Position numbers and translations under genes: made by a program
The notes under the pieces: generated by a model
What the model saw: only the letters and a program-made list of their open reading frames with translations
What the model was told of the DNA's origin: nothing
Databases searched by the model: none
Assembly (NCBI RefSeq): GCF_009914755.1
Contig: NC_060938.1
DNA from: the human T2T-CHM13v2.0 reference genome, Homo sapiens
Direction: 5' to 3' (one strand)
DNA length: 64,000 nt
Shown: positions 14,368 through 27,085 of the stretch, piece by piece
Layout of the letters: each line of letters starts with the position of its first letter
Numbering within the stretch: the first letter of the stretch is position 1

Positions 14368-14439
14368 AGATGGACATCTTTGTAGGAGGTTTTAGATGCA
14401 GGTAGATGGACATCTTTGTAGGAGGTTTCAGATGCAGGT
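14368..14439. repeat. 36-bp tandem duplication (2 copies, 1 mismatch)
   Basis: agatggacatctttgtaggaggttt(t/c)agatgcaggt at 14368-14403 and 14404-14439. Confidence 0.97.
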
Positions 14440-16347
14440 CTGTTTGGAGAGCAAAAGACATCACGTGATCTCATGTGATCTCTTTTAGCCTTCTCTTCAT
14501 AGCTAACTGCATCGATACATTCTGGACAACAACAACAATAAAAGATCTGTCTATATTCATCTATTCCATGGGGCTTACTTATTTCCAAGTGTTTAAGTGC
14601 GTACTGAATGCCTGAGGAATATCGTCAAGGCCAGTATAAACTAATGAGCTCTGTAGCTTCTCTTTCTCTCTCTTTCATGATCTCTTCCTCTTTCTCTTTC
14701 TCTTAACTAAATGCCTTTAATAATAAACATTCCATTATGTCATGAACGCATACTCAAAAGAGATCCAGTGGAAGGGTGTGGTTTCATTATCATCAAATTA
14801 CATGTTAAAAATAATTAAAAATCACTTAGAATACTGGCAACAGAAGAGATGCATGAATTAATCCGACCTAGTAGCAGGCCCAACTTGTCCATAGAACTTG
14901 AACAAGAAAACTATGCTTCACTAATTAACAAACATTTAATAAAACCAACTCATATGTTTGGCAGTTTTATAGGCAGGTGCTTTGCTGGGTTGCAAAAACA
15001 CTACAAGACAGTCCAAGTCATTTAATTTTGTAAAATGCTGACTTTAGCTAGCAGCTTTTACGCAAATGTTAACTTTGCATTTTAAAACCTAATTACCTTT
15101 AGAAAATAACTCTCTGTTCTACAAATTGAGATCTAGATAATTGGGTGTCATGGGAAACCTAGGTTTCCTAAAATACTAAAAATTAAACATAATGCATGCT
15201 TTTAAAATGGGACCCAAGTTAGAAATCTACAGTGAATACATAAGAGTTAAATCTCCTCCTTTAAATTTCCGCTGGGGTGAATTGTCATATCTAATGAAAC
15301 TCCCCTCATTCTCATGCAACGAATCCTCCTGAAATTTAAGTGGGCAGATTAGAGTTAAACATTTGGAATTTCAGTCACTCCCAAGTAATACCTTATTATT
15401 GAGTATAAAAGAGCAAAAAGTGTTCTCAAATAGTGGAGTTTACAGATAATTCAAGCCAACTAACATTCATTGAATGCCTGCTCTGTACTGGTCACCCAAG
15501 TGTTAAACTCTGCTTTACTAAGACACCAACCCTCTCACAGAAGTTTGCATTACAATACGAGACAAACATGTAGCATTCAAACATTAATAACAGGCAAGTC
15601 TTCCCAGGTTTGTCTTATTCTTGCTTGCCTCCTTGAATAGTACACAAGGAGCCCAATGTAGCATTTTTGGGGTCAGTGGGGACCTCTTGAATGGGAATTA
15701 CCCTCCTGTTCTCCTGCAGTGTTCTCCTCCAGCTTGGCAAGGCTTGGGCAGGCGAGTCCCTAGACTAATTGCCTCACATTGCTTTTCTGGTTGTTTCCCT
15801 GTATAGTTTTGTGCTGTTTTCTCTCTTTTTCCTATGCAGTGAGGTCTCATTTGTTGCCCATCAGTGTGTCTGCCTCTAAGCCACTCTCCCTGCTCTGGGC
15901 GCCTCCTCCCACTCTTTCTCAGCCACATTCCTCCTATGTGCTTTAATTCACCACTCAAAATCAGCAGTGGACTAAGGACCAGAGAACCTAGCTTGATTAT
16001 GGCTCTTCGTGAGGGCCTGAGGGGCCAAACCATGAGTGAAGTCCATGAACATTAGTGTCTGGCCTTTGCAACATCAGTATGGGCTGTTCACAGATCATTT
16101 TTGTATGTGTTCTGTTTCTCATTTCCATGTCAGAGAGTTGAGGTTCAAAGATAAGTGGCCTCTGGCTAAGTTCGAACATTCCCTGAGAATGGGCTGTCCT
16201 GGGGGGAGGAGGAGTCATACGGCCTCCATTTTCCTGTAGCATTCTCTCCCATAGGCCCAGGTGGTCACTCTCAGGTATAGCCCCTCATGCGCCATCAATG
16301 GCTTGTGGCTATGTGCGCCTGTCCCTTCTGGATCCCTCTCCTCTAAG

Positions 16348-16448
16348 GGCTTAATAGTGTCCCAGAAGCCAAACAAGATCTAATCACAACTTTGGATGAG
16401 GATGGGGATGAGGACGAGGACGAGGACAGTGACACAAAACACAGCTGA
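16348..16448 (+). CDS. Candidate terminal coding exon (LNSVPEAKQDLITTLDEDGDEDEDEDSDTKHS*), parent gene unknown
   Basis: Pyrimidine tract then AG (16346-16347), open frame ending TGA at 16446-16448, AATAAA at 16524-16529 followed by GT/T-rich sequence. Confidence 0.3.
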
Positions 16449-17159
16449 CGCCAGCCTGAATGATTCCCTCTTCCTTTTGTTCCCCTGTTTGTTTTGTGGA
16501 TTGTGTTTCTGTTTGCTTCTTCAAATAAAATGCCCTTCTGTGCTTTTTATGTTTGTTTCTCACTTCTGCATTATGGACTATGTGGTATGTGTCTGTTATT
16601 TAGACTTTCATAGATGTTTAGTTTGACAATTTGACAAAAGTATGAAAATGTCTGTTGAAAAACCTTTACATTTTCAGAATTCAGACAGAATCACTGTGGT
16701 TTTTCTGTTGGCTCTGGTGGCATTGCACTATCCCTTTCGGTGGAAGAAAAGAGAAAGAAAGAAAAAACCACCACAAAGTGTTCTGCTTCCCAGTACAAAT
16801 GCTTTTGGGCCTACTAAGCCCACTCTTACTCATGTGCATTAGGTCAAATTCTGGCTGAAATCATGCGACAACTGCAAATTCATACTTTGAAATCTCAAAA
16901 AAATCTTGATATACTCTCTAGGGTAGTTGGCAGATGTTTCCTTTTTTGTGTTTTAATTTTCTTTAATATAGACAATTTTTGAAATAAGGCAAGGGAAGAA
17001 ATGAGTACCTTCAGTGGTGAAATCAGTATATTCACAACTTTAAATATGTAATGCCAAGATAACTTTCTACAATGAAGATTGGTTCAAATAAATATTTGTT
17101 AGTGGTATTACTTGTGTCAGGTTAGGTTTCAGTTAACTATTAAGAGAGTTAAAAGGTTA

Positions 17160-17222
17160 TGAAAATAACATGGTGTATACAATAAATACATACAATTTTT
17201 GTTAAATCAATAATAAATGTAA
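17160..17222 (+). mobile_element. L1MA-type 3' terminal fragment
   Basis: aacatggtgtatacaataaatacatacaatttttg...tcaat resembles the old L1MA 3' end. Confidence 0.5.
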
Positions 17223-17569
17223 AAACAGCTATGCGGTTTCTGAAAATGTTTTTAAAATTTACCAGAGATAAGCAAGTATACAGTTGAAGATACCACAGTT
17301 TTAGATTCTAGTGCAATACAGGAAAAACAATTGCAAATCCCAAGTTTAAACATTCTGGAAAGTTAAAGGCACAAGACAACTTTTTTGTTACATTGCAACA
17401 CCTTATCCTAAATGAATGTGGCTTCATGCCTTCATCAAAGGATTTGGTGGCTAGGACTGATGTGTCTCAAGGTGACTCACATAAAGGGGGAGGTGGTTTA
17501 TGATGAGATCATGTGTGGCAATGTGAGGTCTTCTGGAACTGGGACTGAGGCATGGAAATCCATGAGGAA

Positions 17570-18076
17570 CTATGCAGATGGGATCAACTGTCCACTAAAA
17601 CCTCCTGCTCCCTTTTTTCTCATATAAAGTTGATTCTAGAAGACATACACCCAGCTAGATACATCCAGGGATACTCCCGGCTCCCTATACATCCAGGGAT
17701 AGCTCATGTGACTAGCTCTTGTCAATGGAATATAAGCAGAAGTGACATGTACCACTTCCAGACTGAGGCTTTTAAGAAGTAATTGGCACTTCTTCGTTTT
17801 CTTTTTTGTTTCACCTGCAAGATACACCTTACGAGACACATCTCACATCAAGACTGTATCACTCACAAGATGGAAGCAGAGGGTTCCAAAGCCCTAGTGG
17901 GTGCAGAGACACAGATGGGAGAAGCCTGGATCCCTAAATCGCACACTGAGGAAAACCGGCTACCATCCAGGAAAACCTGTGTTGTACTATTGTAGAAGTG
18001 ACTCTACTTCTACGGGTTAAATTGCTGAAACTTAAGGATTTTTTGTTACTGTATTGGGTGTGCCTTAACTGATACA
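17570..18076 (+). mobile_element. MLT1 (MLT1J/I-like) MaLR solo LTR
   Basis: ctcatgtgactagctcttgtcaatggaatataagcagaagtgacatgtaccacttcc; ttttttgttactg...taactgataca terminus. Confidence 0.8.
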
Positions 18077-18250
18077 AGGATTGGGATTGTACTGTAACTC
18101 TGCCTCTCTATGAGTCCTCTTTAAAGATGGTTCCTCCTGGTCCTCGTTCTTCCTGCTCCCTCATCACACTGACTTTGATAGACTGATGCCAAGTCTTGGT
18201 GTACTATGATGCAAACCTAGTGACCACCACTTACTCCTTTCTGTACCACG

Positions 18251-19062
18251 TGTGCCAAATATCTTTCATCAGCTCTTCCAGATCCACTCTCTACCCCTTT
18301 CTTTGTTTTGTTTATTTGCTTAAGAGGGTCTCACTATGTTCCCCAGGTTGGAGTGGAGTGGTGAAATCTCACCTCACTGCAACCTCCACCTCATGGGCTC
18401 AAACGATTCTCATGCTTCATCTGCCTGAGTAGCTGGGACTACAGACACCCACCACACCTGGCTAATTTTTTTAGTTTAGTAGAGATGGGGTTTTACCATG
18501 TTGGCCAGGCTGGTCTTGAACTCCCGAACTCAAGTGATCCACCCACCTCTCCCTCCCAAGGTGCTGGGATTACAGATGTGAGCCACCGCACCTGGTCACT
18601 CTCTACCCATTTCTACTCTGTTCCTTCCCCTGAGAGGTGATTTGAATTGATTGCCTCAAAAGACTCCTGTGTTATCCTACTTCCAGCTGAATTTGGTTAA
18701 TGAAGATCCCTGGCAGGTGACAAGAGGCAGGAGAATGGGTTTGGCATATTTATTCATCTGGTTCCTTCCCGCAAGGCTTCCTCAGGCTTGCTGGCTCTGT
18801 CAACAGGAGTTCACTGTTCCCATCAAGGAGACTTCTCAAAGATAAAGAGTTTTCATCTTTGAAGTTTTGGTCACCTTCTTCACACATGCCTTGGAGTGAC
18901 AGCTCTAACTCCTGGTGCTGGTAGCCCCAGGATCCTGAGTTATTCCTTGTGGTTTTCTTTCACCCTGCCCACACCTTTACATTTAACTCATGTACAAACT
19001 GTCTTCAATTTATCCTACTTTTGGAGTGCCGTCTGTTTCTCTCACTGCAAAACCATATCACA
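18251..19062 (+). mobile_element. LTR33 (ERVL) solo LTR interrupted by an Alu
   Basis: tgtgccaaatatctttc...ccagatccactctct start; tccttgtggttttctttcaccctgcccacaccttt...gagtgccgtctgtttc end match LTR33. Confidence 0.8.
18298..18597 (-). mobile_element. Alu (old AluS/Jb)
   Basis: Reverse dimeric Alu; TSD cactctctaccc at 18285-18296 and 18597-18608. Confidence 0.95.
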
Positions 19063-20530
19063 GTTACAATTCTCTAGGAGGTTATCCTTGGGTCAGCTGT
19101 CTAATGCTGGTTCCCTTAACCATGTCCAGGAGATAAGGACATCACGCAAACGTGCTACCAAGCCCAACCCCTTCAGCAGAGGCTGAGTGGTGGTGGCTTG
19201 CCAAGGAGGACATTTGCAGACACTTCAAAACAAGTGGTGTGCAAATAGTACACCTTCATATTTTCTGGTAAAACTTTCCCTCTTTTCACTCCTCCTCAGC
19301 TAGATGACTGATGTTGCCTGCTGTTGCATTTTTTTTTTCTTCTGGTGGATTGCTTCACCACTGAGAGAGCTGACTATTGCTTTCTACACGACTGTGTATT
19401 GTGACCAGTGAATATTTCTAGTAAAACACCATGCAGAATCCAAGTTATTACATTTAAAGATGAAAATGTTTGTAAAAACAATAAGAGAGAAACCATAGAA
19501 ATAACCACAGAATCAGATTTTCACCACATTACTTCTTAGGCGGAAAAAAATCTTTGTACCAAACGAATTCATTAGATATGTCATAGAGTATTGCATCCAA
19601 AGAACTAATCACAATTTACTCTTTCACATTTTTTGAAGATCGTTCATATTTGTTTTACTGGCATTAGTTCACAGCAAAAGATGCTACCTAAGCACCCATC
19701 TGGATGAGAAATTATTACTCCACACATCCCATCACTGTTATTCAGTGTGAAAAGTGCCTCATTCGCGGAAGTGAGGAGGGTTCAGTAAATTGTCTAACCT
19801 AAGGTGTAACAAAGATTGTGTGAATATCCAGGGACAGAATCCAAACATTCCATTTTAAGAGCTTTTTTTTTTCTCTAATTATTGTTTCCTACTACACTAC
19901 TAAGTCTTTGGTGATAACACATGTATCCTTTTTCTTTTTTCAGGGAAAGGGGTACTAGACATCAATCATATTCCTCTCTCTGGAAAAAGACAAAGTGGAA
20001 GAAAATATCTATTTTCACTCCACTTAGTTTTAAGTTGCATGTTGTATGTAAACTGTCATTAAGTTTGAGTATCAAGATATTTATTTTTCAAAATTAATAT
20101 ATTCCTAAGGCCTAGTACTGCTGCCCTTCACCACACATAGAAACCCACATCATCCCCTCCTCAATATCCCATATTACCAATTTCATGGCTTGGGATAGAG
20201 AAAAGCTTAGATTTACTAGGAATTCATCATGGGATTCAAAGTGGCAGAGGGTTATCTGTTTTTAAAAGTCATAGGTTGATCAAATGGCCCCAGTTTCCCC
20301 TCTCTCTCAGCTCCCTGCCAAACCCAGCACACACACTTGCACAGCTAAAATCAGGGAAATAAGTGTGTTTAGAGATCAGGCTAAAGCCTGATTTTATTTA
20401 CCCAGATTTCTAGCAGATATGTAGATAGCAATTTATATTTGTTTTATCATGTTTTTCCTAAACAATGACTACATACAAAATATCATTAAAATAGCACTAG
20501 AGCTTTGAGTAAAATCCATAAAGATTTAAG

Positions 20531-20845
20531 ACTGCACTGTCCAACATGGCAGTCACTAGCCACAGGTGGCTATCAAGCAGTTATGTGGCAAGAGCAGCTT
20601 AGGAAATGGATTTATTTCATTTTATTTTAATTAATTTGATTTAAATTTAAGAACTAAAGAAGGATAAAGTATTTTTCCACTAAACATAACTTCATTGTTT
20701 TTCTAGGACTAGATTTTACTTAATCATTGCATCCTGTAAGACACTGTATTGTAGGAAGCTGTACTTTGTACTTTTAAAAATGTGGCTATTAGCAAATGTA
20801 AAACTATATGTATGATTCACATTATATTTCTACTTAAAAGCTCTG
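20531..20845. mobile_element. hAT-Charlie fossil (MER3/MER33/Charlie5 family)
   Basis: ctgcactgtccaacatggcagtcactagccacaggtggcta left end; tgtggctattagc...cacattatatttcta right end. Confidence 0.8.
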
Positions 20846-23727
20846 GTTGAAAAGCTCTTTAAGGCTAAAATGCTAGTATTTCTGTATATAGCTGTACCCA
20901 GATATATGTAGCATTATCAGGGTATATGGGGAGACTTCTCTAGTACATAGAGTAGGTATTAGAATTAGGGAAGAATCCTGAATTTACAAATTCAGTTCTC
21001 CTCATATAAACTTGGTGACTGACTGTACAGTCCCACGTTACTTCAGTTATTAATATAAGTTTAAAATAAAAAAGGCTCCACAGCAAGATAATTTTATTAT
21101 GACAGCTTGGAACTGAAAAGATCAAAATGCTTCCTTTGCTGTTTCTTCAAACATTCTTTTATAAGATGCATCGAATCTCAGAATGAAGATGTCATGCCTA
21201 CAAATCTAGCAAACTGTTCTAAGAAATCGAAAATGGAGTCTACTGAATTAAATTTCAAACCAAATTAGGAACATGGAAAAGACTCTAAAATATACAACAT
21301 TCTTTTCCTTCGAGCTATTTTAGTCACAGCAGAAAAGATCAGTGTAGTCTGTTCCAAGTATAAAATTTTAGAAAGATCAATACATAGATATGCTCAAGTC
21401 ATTTCCATGCATGTGTCTTTGTTAGTTTGATAAAAGTGAAATAGAATCTTCCAAACATAAGGGACTGTCAGTGTAGTCTTAAAGAAAACCAAATCCTTCA
21501 GTGGAAAACAGAAATGGCCGGTTTCTCAGGACAGTACCAGAGAGAAGCTGGAGCTGTTTGTGGAAAGAGACAGTGACTTGAAAATCACCACCAGAGTATA
21601 GTGGAAATCAAAAAGTATGTTTTTCTTCCAAATCAACCTAATGATTCTACAAAATAATATATATATATATCTTCATTATAATGAGTTATGAGTTATAACA
21701 ATGATTTGAGATCTTCCCATATAAATTTTATGCCTCTTTGTTTTTCCCTAGACAGGACAAGAGACAAAAACTGGAAAGTTTGGGTCGTATGGATCATGGC
21801 AGCACTGCAATGTCTGGAATTTTCTCATAAATATCCTATTGCTTTGAGGCTCACGGGCCTGACTAAAACAGCAGGGACAATCTTTTTTGCACTTTTATAG
21901 TTGTAGAGGGATTTTCAAGAGTTAGAACAATTTTCCATAATATTCCATATTAATTTAATGAATCTGAAGTGTGGTTATTACACCTTTTCATGCTTTCTGC
22001 AGGCTGATGATTTGGAAGTAACTAGAAAAACAAACAACATTATAAACAAATGCCAACAGGAAGACATTCTTGGGTACTCAAAAGAATCTACTTTGCAACA
22101 AAATTTTATTGCCTGTTTGCAGCTTTATGCCTTTTTAAGATTATTTTTTAAACACTATAAATGACTGTTTCTACCCTTGTGAAAATTATCACTTCAAAGG
22201 GACATCTTTTAGCACTCTCTATAATGACCCAAACAAATCTCAGAAAACAAAGTGGATTCCACCCTTTTTTGTGATTAAGCAATAAAGAATATTGTATCAG
22301 ATTCTATTTGTACTTCATTAAAATAAATTCTCATTGTTTATCAGCATTTAAATAATTTCATTTTGCTTAAAATTGGAAAAAAAACCTGGATTTCATTAAG
22401 AGGTAAAACTTCCACAGAAGTTCATTATGGTTAAATTTTCAGTCTATCTATAAAGTGCATAGCAAGCTATATCAGGCATTAAGGATACCAAAAAGAGGAT
22501 ACACAAGGAAGTTTAAAAATCAGAGGTAATGAGAAGGGAATTCAAAGTAAATACACAGCACTATTAAAATAAATTCTATATATATACACACAGAGAGAAA
22601 ATAAATAAACGCTTAGAGGACATAGGATATACCAACTGAGTTGATGGACGATAGAATAGATGGGGTTAAATGGAGAAAACTAATTTGAAGCAGTTCCCTT
22701 GTGATGCCAGGAAGGCAGCTTCTGGGGCAGTGAGCAAGGTGCTCCCTGGGTAGAGGGGAAGTTCAACCAGCACAGAAAAGGGCCTTGTTAGAGAGCTTTA
22801 AAAGGAGAGATGTATACCTCAGTCAGGGCTGATAACCTTTTTCTAAGAACTAAACTTGTGATCTTTAAACGCTTAAGAATAATGTTGTAGAAGTTTAGAA
22901 AAAATGTACCTGTAGACTCAAACAGAAGTAAGTACCTAAATAACAGGCCAAAATAAGAGTAAATTATCAAATAGTTGATGTGTATCTACTTAGGAAAGGG
23001 CACTGGCTTCTACTGAACTTGGCTCTGTGAGGAGAAAATTGTGCCAGACCAATTTAATTTCCTCTCCTAGTACGGGGACAGGTTATGTCCAACCAACAGG
23101 AAGCAATAGTAAAAAGAATGTTACAATAGGTCAGCCATGAGAACACCAAAATCTGGAATGCAAATTTGATAAGGGATTTGACAAGGTAAGGATATATGCG
23201 GGTACAGCTGTGCTTCTTCTAAAAGTCCAACTTCCCCTATTGAAAAATTACTTAAACTTGTGTCAGGTAGACAGCAAAGCAGTAGGCAGACATCTAAGAA
23301 ATGTGCATGGGCTGGATTAAAACAGAAAATAAGATATATTGCCTAAATTCAGGAGACTCTTGATTTCTTTGAAATATCTAGAACTAAAAAATTCTGTAAA
23401 TTCTAGTGTACACCTATCCCCTACCTTTGGACCTTTTGGTCATTTGTCTCACAACCATCTTTTAAAACGCTATAAGTGAAGGTGTGGATTAATTTTGTAA
23501 TAGTGCAGCAAAGGGAAATAATAGCAACCTAAGAATATAGTAAAAATAAGTCATCATGATGCACATAAATAAAACACGATTAGCAAGAAGATCACTAATA
23601 TTCTAAACTGCAACTAGGTAAACTGCAAAGACCTCTTGTATATTGGAGGGAAAACTGACTTTCGATCAGGCAAGGTTTTTGTTGCTTTTTCGCATCTTTT
23701 TATCTTTTCTTAGGATTAAGTTCTGGA

Positions 23728-23952
23728 ATATGGTAGAAATAAAAAGGCTTTGGAGTCAGACAGACCTGGGTTCAAATCCTGGCTATGCCACCTACCTACT
23801 GCATGAACTTGGGCAGGAGATTTAAGCCTTTCTGTTTCTTTATCTGAAAAAATGATACCTACTTTGCCATTTGCAATGAGGATTAAATGAGATAATGTGT
23901 ATAAAATACTTGGTACCTTGGTACGTTGATTTCTCAGTAAATATTGGCTTCC
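23728..23952 (+). mobile_element. MIR (MIRb-like)
   Basis: ggctttggagtcagacagacctgggttcaaatcctggct...gaggattaaatgagataatgtgtataaa. Confidence 0.92.
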
Positions 23953-25989
23953 TTCCACACCTTTCTCAATCCTGACCTCTCTCCCCACTTCTCCCTCCCA
24001 ACTGCCCTTACACTTTGGAAATAAAGATACAAGAAAAGGCTAAGAATAAAGCCCTGTCTTGTGAAACAGGAAAAGGGACACAGCCTCACTTCCTTTTACT
24101 CTTGTTAAAGGTTTTCTGACTCTACAAGGAGCCATTCACACTGGTTTGACATTCTCATGGTGCTTCCCAGTTTTTCCATGTCAAATGTCAATGAGATCAA
24201 CGAAAGGGCCTTTTTGTCAAGTGACATTAAAAAAAAATCTTTTCCTAGATATATTAGGTAAAGAATAGCATAAACACAAGTATGATCACCAACAAATGGT
24301 AACCCTATTAATGCCTAAAAAATAGTCATCCCACCATGTTGGGTTTACAACTGCAAATGTGAACTGGGAAATCAGACTTTTTGTTCTTATAGATTTGTCC
24401 AGTTTTCTAAAGTAAACAAAAATCAATTTCCTAGCATGGTCTATAACATCTCGATAACAATTTAGCACCCATGCATAAAGAAAGAGTCAGGGATTATAAA
24501 ATCACTTAGAATGTATTATTTCTAGACTGAGCAGACATAAGTCTTTGAGGATTAATTTCATGCTGAGGGTTAAATTTCACTTTCACGATAGGCTAACCAT
24601 TGCCTGAGGCTGCACAGATAATGAACCTGCCAAGGGATTAGCAAGGAAACACTTGTGTTATTATAAAGTGGGTACACTTCCCTTTCTAACCAAGTTCATC
24701 CTACATGACATTAACAAATTACTCCCTCTCTCTGCCCACATTTCAATATAATGTGAGCCAGCAAGTGACCCTGAACCAATAGGACACGAGATAAGATCTT
24801 CTCAGTGCATGAATGGCTATTAAACTTGTCTGAGAGAGCTGGACCTCCTGCAGGGACACACAAGGCATTTTATCTCCCTAGGGCCCCTGCCTGGGCTGCA
24901 GAAACCTTTCATTGGTCATAAAGCCTCTAAATGGCCACAAAGCCAAAAGGTAAGGAAGTCTTAACACAAACGTTTAGCCCACAGAAGAGGCACTCTCCCC
25001 AAAACACAAAGGATACAATTCATTTTTTACAAACACACAAGGACCCTAATATCTTCTAAATAAGAACTTAATGACTTAGCATTTGTGAAAATATAACATG
25101 TTCAGAGAGATTTCTTATATTTCAGATAAATATATCCTGTCCTCAACAGATTTTTCCTAAAATAATAGGTATGTTCAAGGATGGCAAATCTGCTGGCTTT
25201 TTCTCCATCTTCCTTCTCAGAGGGCCAGCTTCTCCTACATGACCAAAAGTAGATCCTTTCCTGTGGGGTGGACCCTCTTTCCTGAGTGGCACTCACCATT
25301 GTCTTCCTTCAAATATGGTACCCAGCCACTTGTCTTATTTTCATTCTTCTTACCTTTGGCTCCCCTCCAGAGTTGGACCAAATATCTTTCGCTGAGTGAA
25401 CAGTCAGCTACTATTGTCAAAACTGAATCTACCTAGTATTTCCATTTGGCAATCTCCCTCCTGACTCCACCGTACAGTGTGGGGCAAAGATAATTTAACA
25501 GGTATGAAGAATATGCGGCCTGGTTATCTAGGAAGTTATAATTCGGAAGTGTTAAGTATAAAACGGGAGTGCTCTTAAAAAGCTGTCCTGCTATTGAGTG
25601 GCCAAACTGCTGCCCAAGTGAGAACAGCTACTTCTGTTGCTTGCTAATAAGCAGCAGGTGGAGAAAATGTAGACTAGTCAGGAAATCATTGGCATTTGCT
25701 ACAACCCAACTTGGTTCAAACCAGGAATCTTATAGGAAAGCAAAATATAGTTTTCTTATGATATATTAGTGCACTTCTGTTCAAAATACTGTCTTGTGAT
25801 GCGTAAATAATGCTTTTATAAATTCAAGGTTTTTCTTGTCAGCTTGAAGCCTTTAGAATTGAGCCCATGGTGTCTTTACATTTCAGGTATATTATCAGAC
25901 TAATAAAGTCTATTGCTCTGTACTTAAACGTGTTGATAGCTAACATGGAAGCATTATGTAACAAAGGTGGATGGATGTGAGTGTTGATC

Positions 25990-27085
25990 TCTGGGCTCTG
26001 CAACACTGAGGCACTCCATGAGCCCACGGTTGAGAAGGCAGTTTCAGTAGAATGGTGGAGGTAGGCATCAGGGTACCTAGGTAAGAAAATGAGCAGGTGG
26101 CAGAGAAAATGGATATAGGCAGTAAATGTAGCATTCTTCATCAAAAAGTTTGTAGTTAAGAAAAGGGAAGAAAGGCAATGGCAAGATAACAAGGGGGAAT
26201 TAACAGAAAGTTTTTCTTTTTGGTTTTGTTCTAAGAGATGCAGGAGATGAATATATTTGTAGTTAGAGGAGAAAATCAGATCAAAGGAAAAACTGAAGGG
26301 GAAGAAGAGATAAAGTAAATTATAGAGGAGTAGGATTAGGAGGGACTCATCTTAGAAAAGAGACCGGATACACCCTCTTTAAAGGCAAGACTAAAGAAAA
26401 ACAAGAGAAGGAACACAGACTTTGAGCCAGAGTTGAGGAATTTTAAGAAAATGGTGTCATATGTCCCCAGTTTCCTTAGTAGACAGGAAGGCATGCCACC
26501 TGCAGAGTGATGGGAAGGTGTGTGGCTGGAGGCTGTGGTGGGAAGGAAACCTAGAGAAGCCACGGTGGGGAGTGAGGTGGGGACTCACCAAGAAATTAAT
26601 GACAGGTTTTGCCAAGATGCAAGGAGACTGGAGAACACTGAGCTGGGGCTAAATGTTACTGAAAGGGCCAAGGGGGTGTCCAGACTGAGACCCAAGTGCA
26701 GTGAGAAGGGAGTGGAGCACCAGGAGAAGGAGGAGGTGAAGGGCAAGCCTGCCGAACAGTGCAGAGGAAGCGCGGCACACACACGAGAGGGGACCAGGGC
26801 AAGACCAAGCAGAGGGGATTCCAAGAAGGGGCTGCGTTTAGGGTCGCTTTGCCAATACAGAGCACAGAGAGGAAGGCCAGGGGAGGAGCAACAATTGTGA
26901 GGACAAGAGGTTAGGTGATGGGTGACACTGAGGTTGAAAGCCTGGTGATGCTGCCAGAGAACAGGCCCTGGAGTCCTTGAGGGCTGTGGGGCCATGTCCA
27001 GTCAGTGATGCAGGCTTGGCGAGCAATGGCTACAGCTGGAGTAAGTAGGGCTGACCTAGGCTGGGATTGGAGAGCTCAAGGAAGC
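25990..27085 (-). mobile_element. L2 internal fragment
   Basis: gagaaggcagtttcagtagaatggtggagg...aaagtttgtagttaagaaaaggg and continuing purine-rich reverse L2 ORF2 sequence. Confidence 0.65.

Noticed and set aside
14368-14439. Possible CRISPR-like 36-bp repeat
   Set aside because: Only two abutting copies with no spacer, in primate DNA without cas genes.
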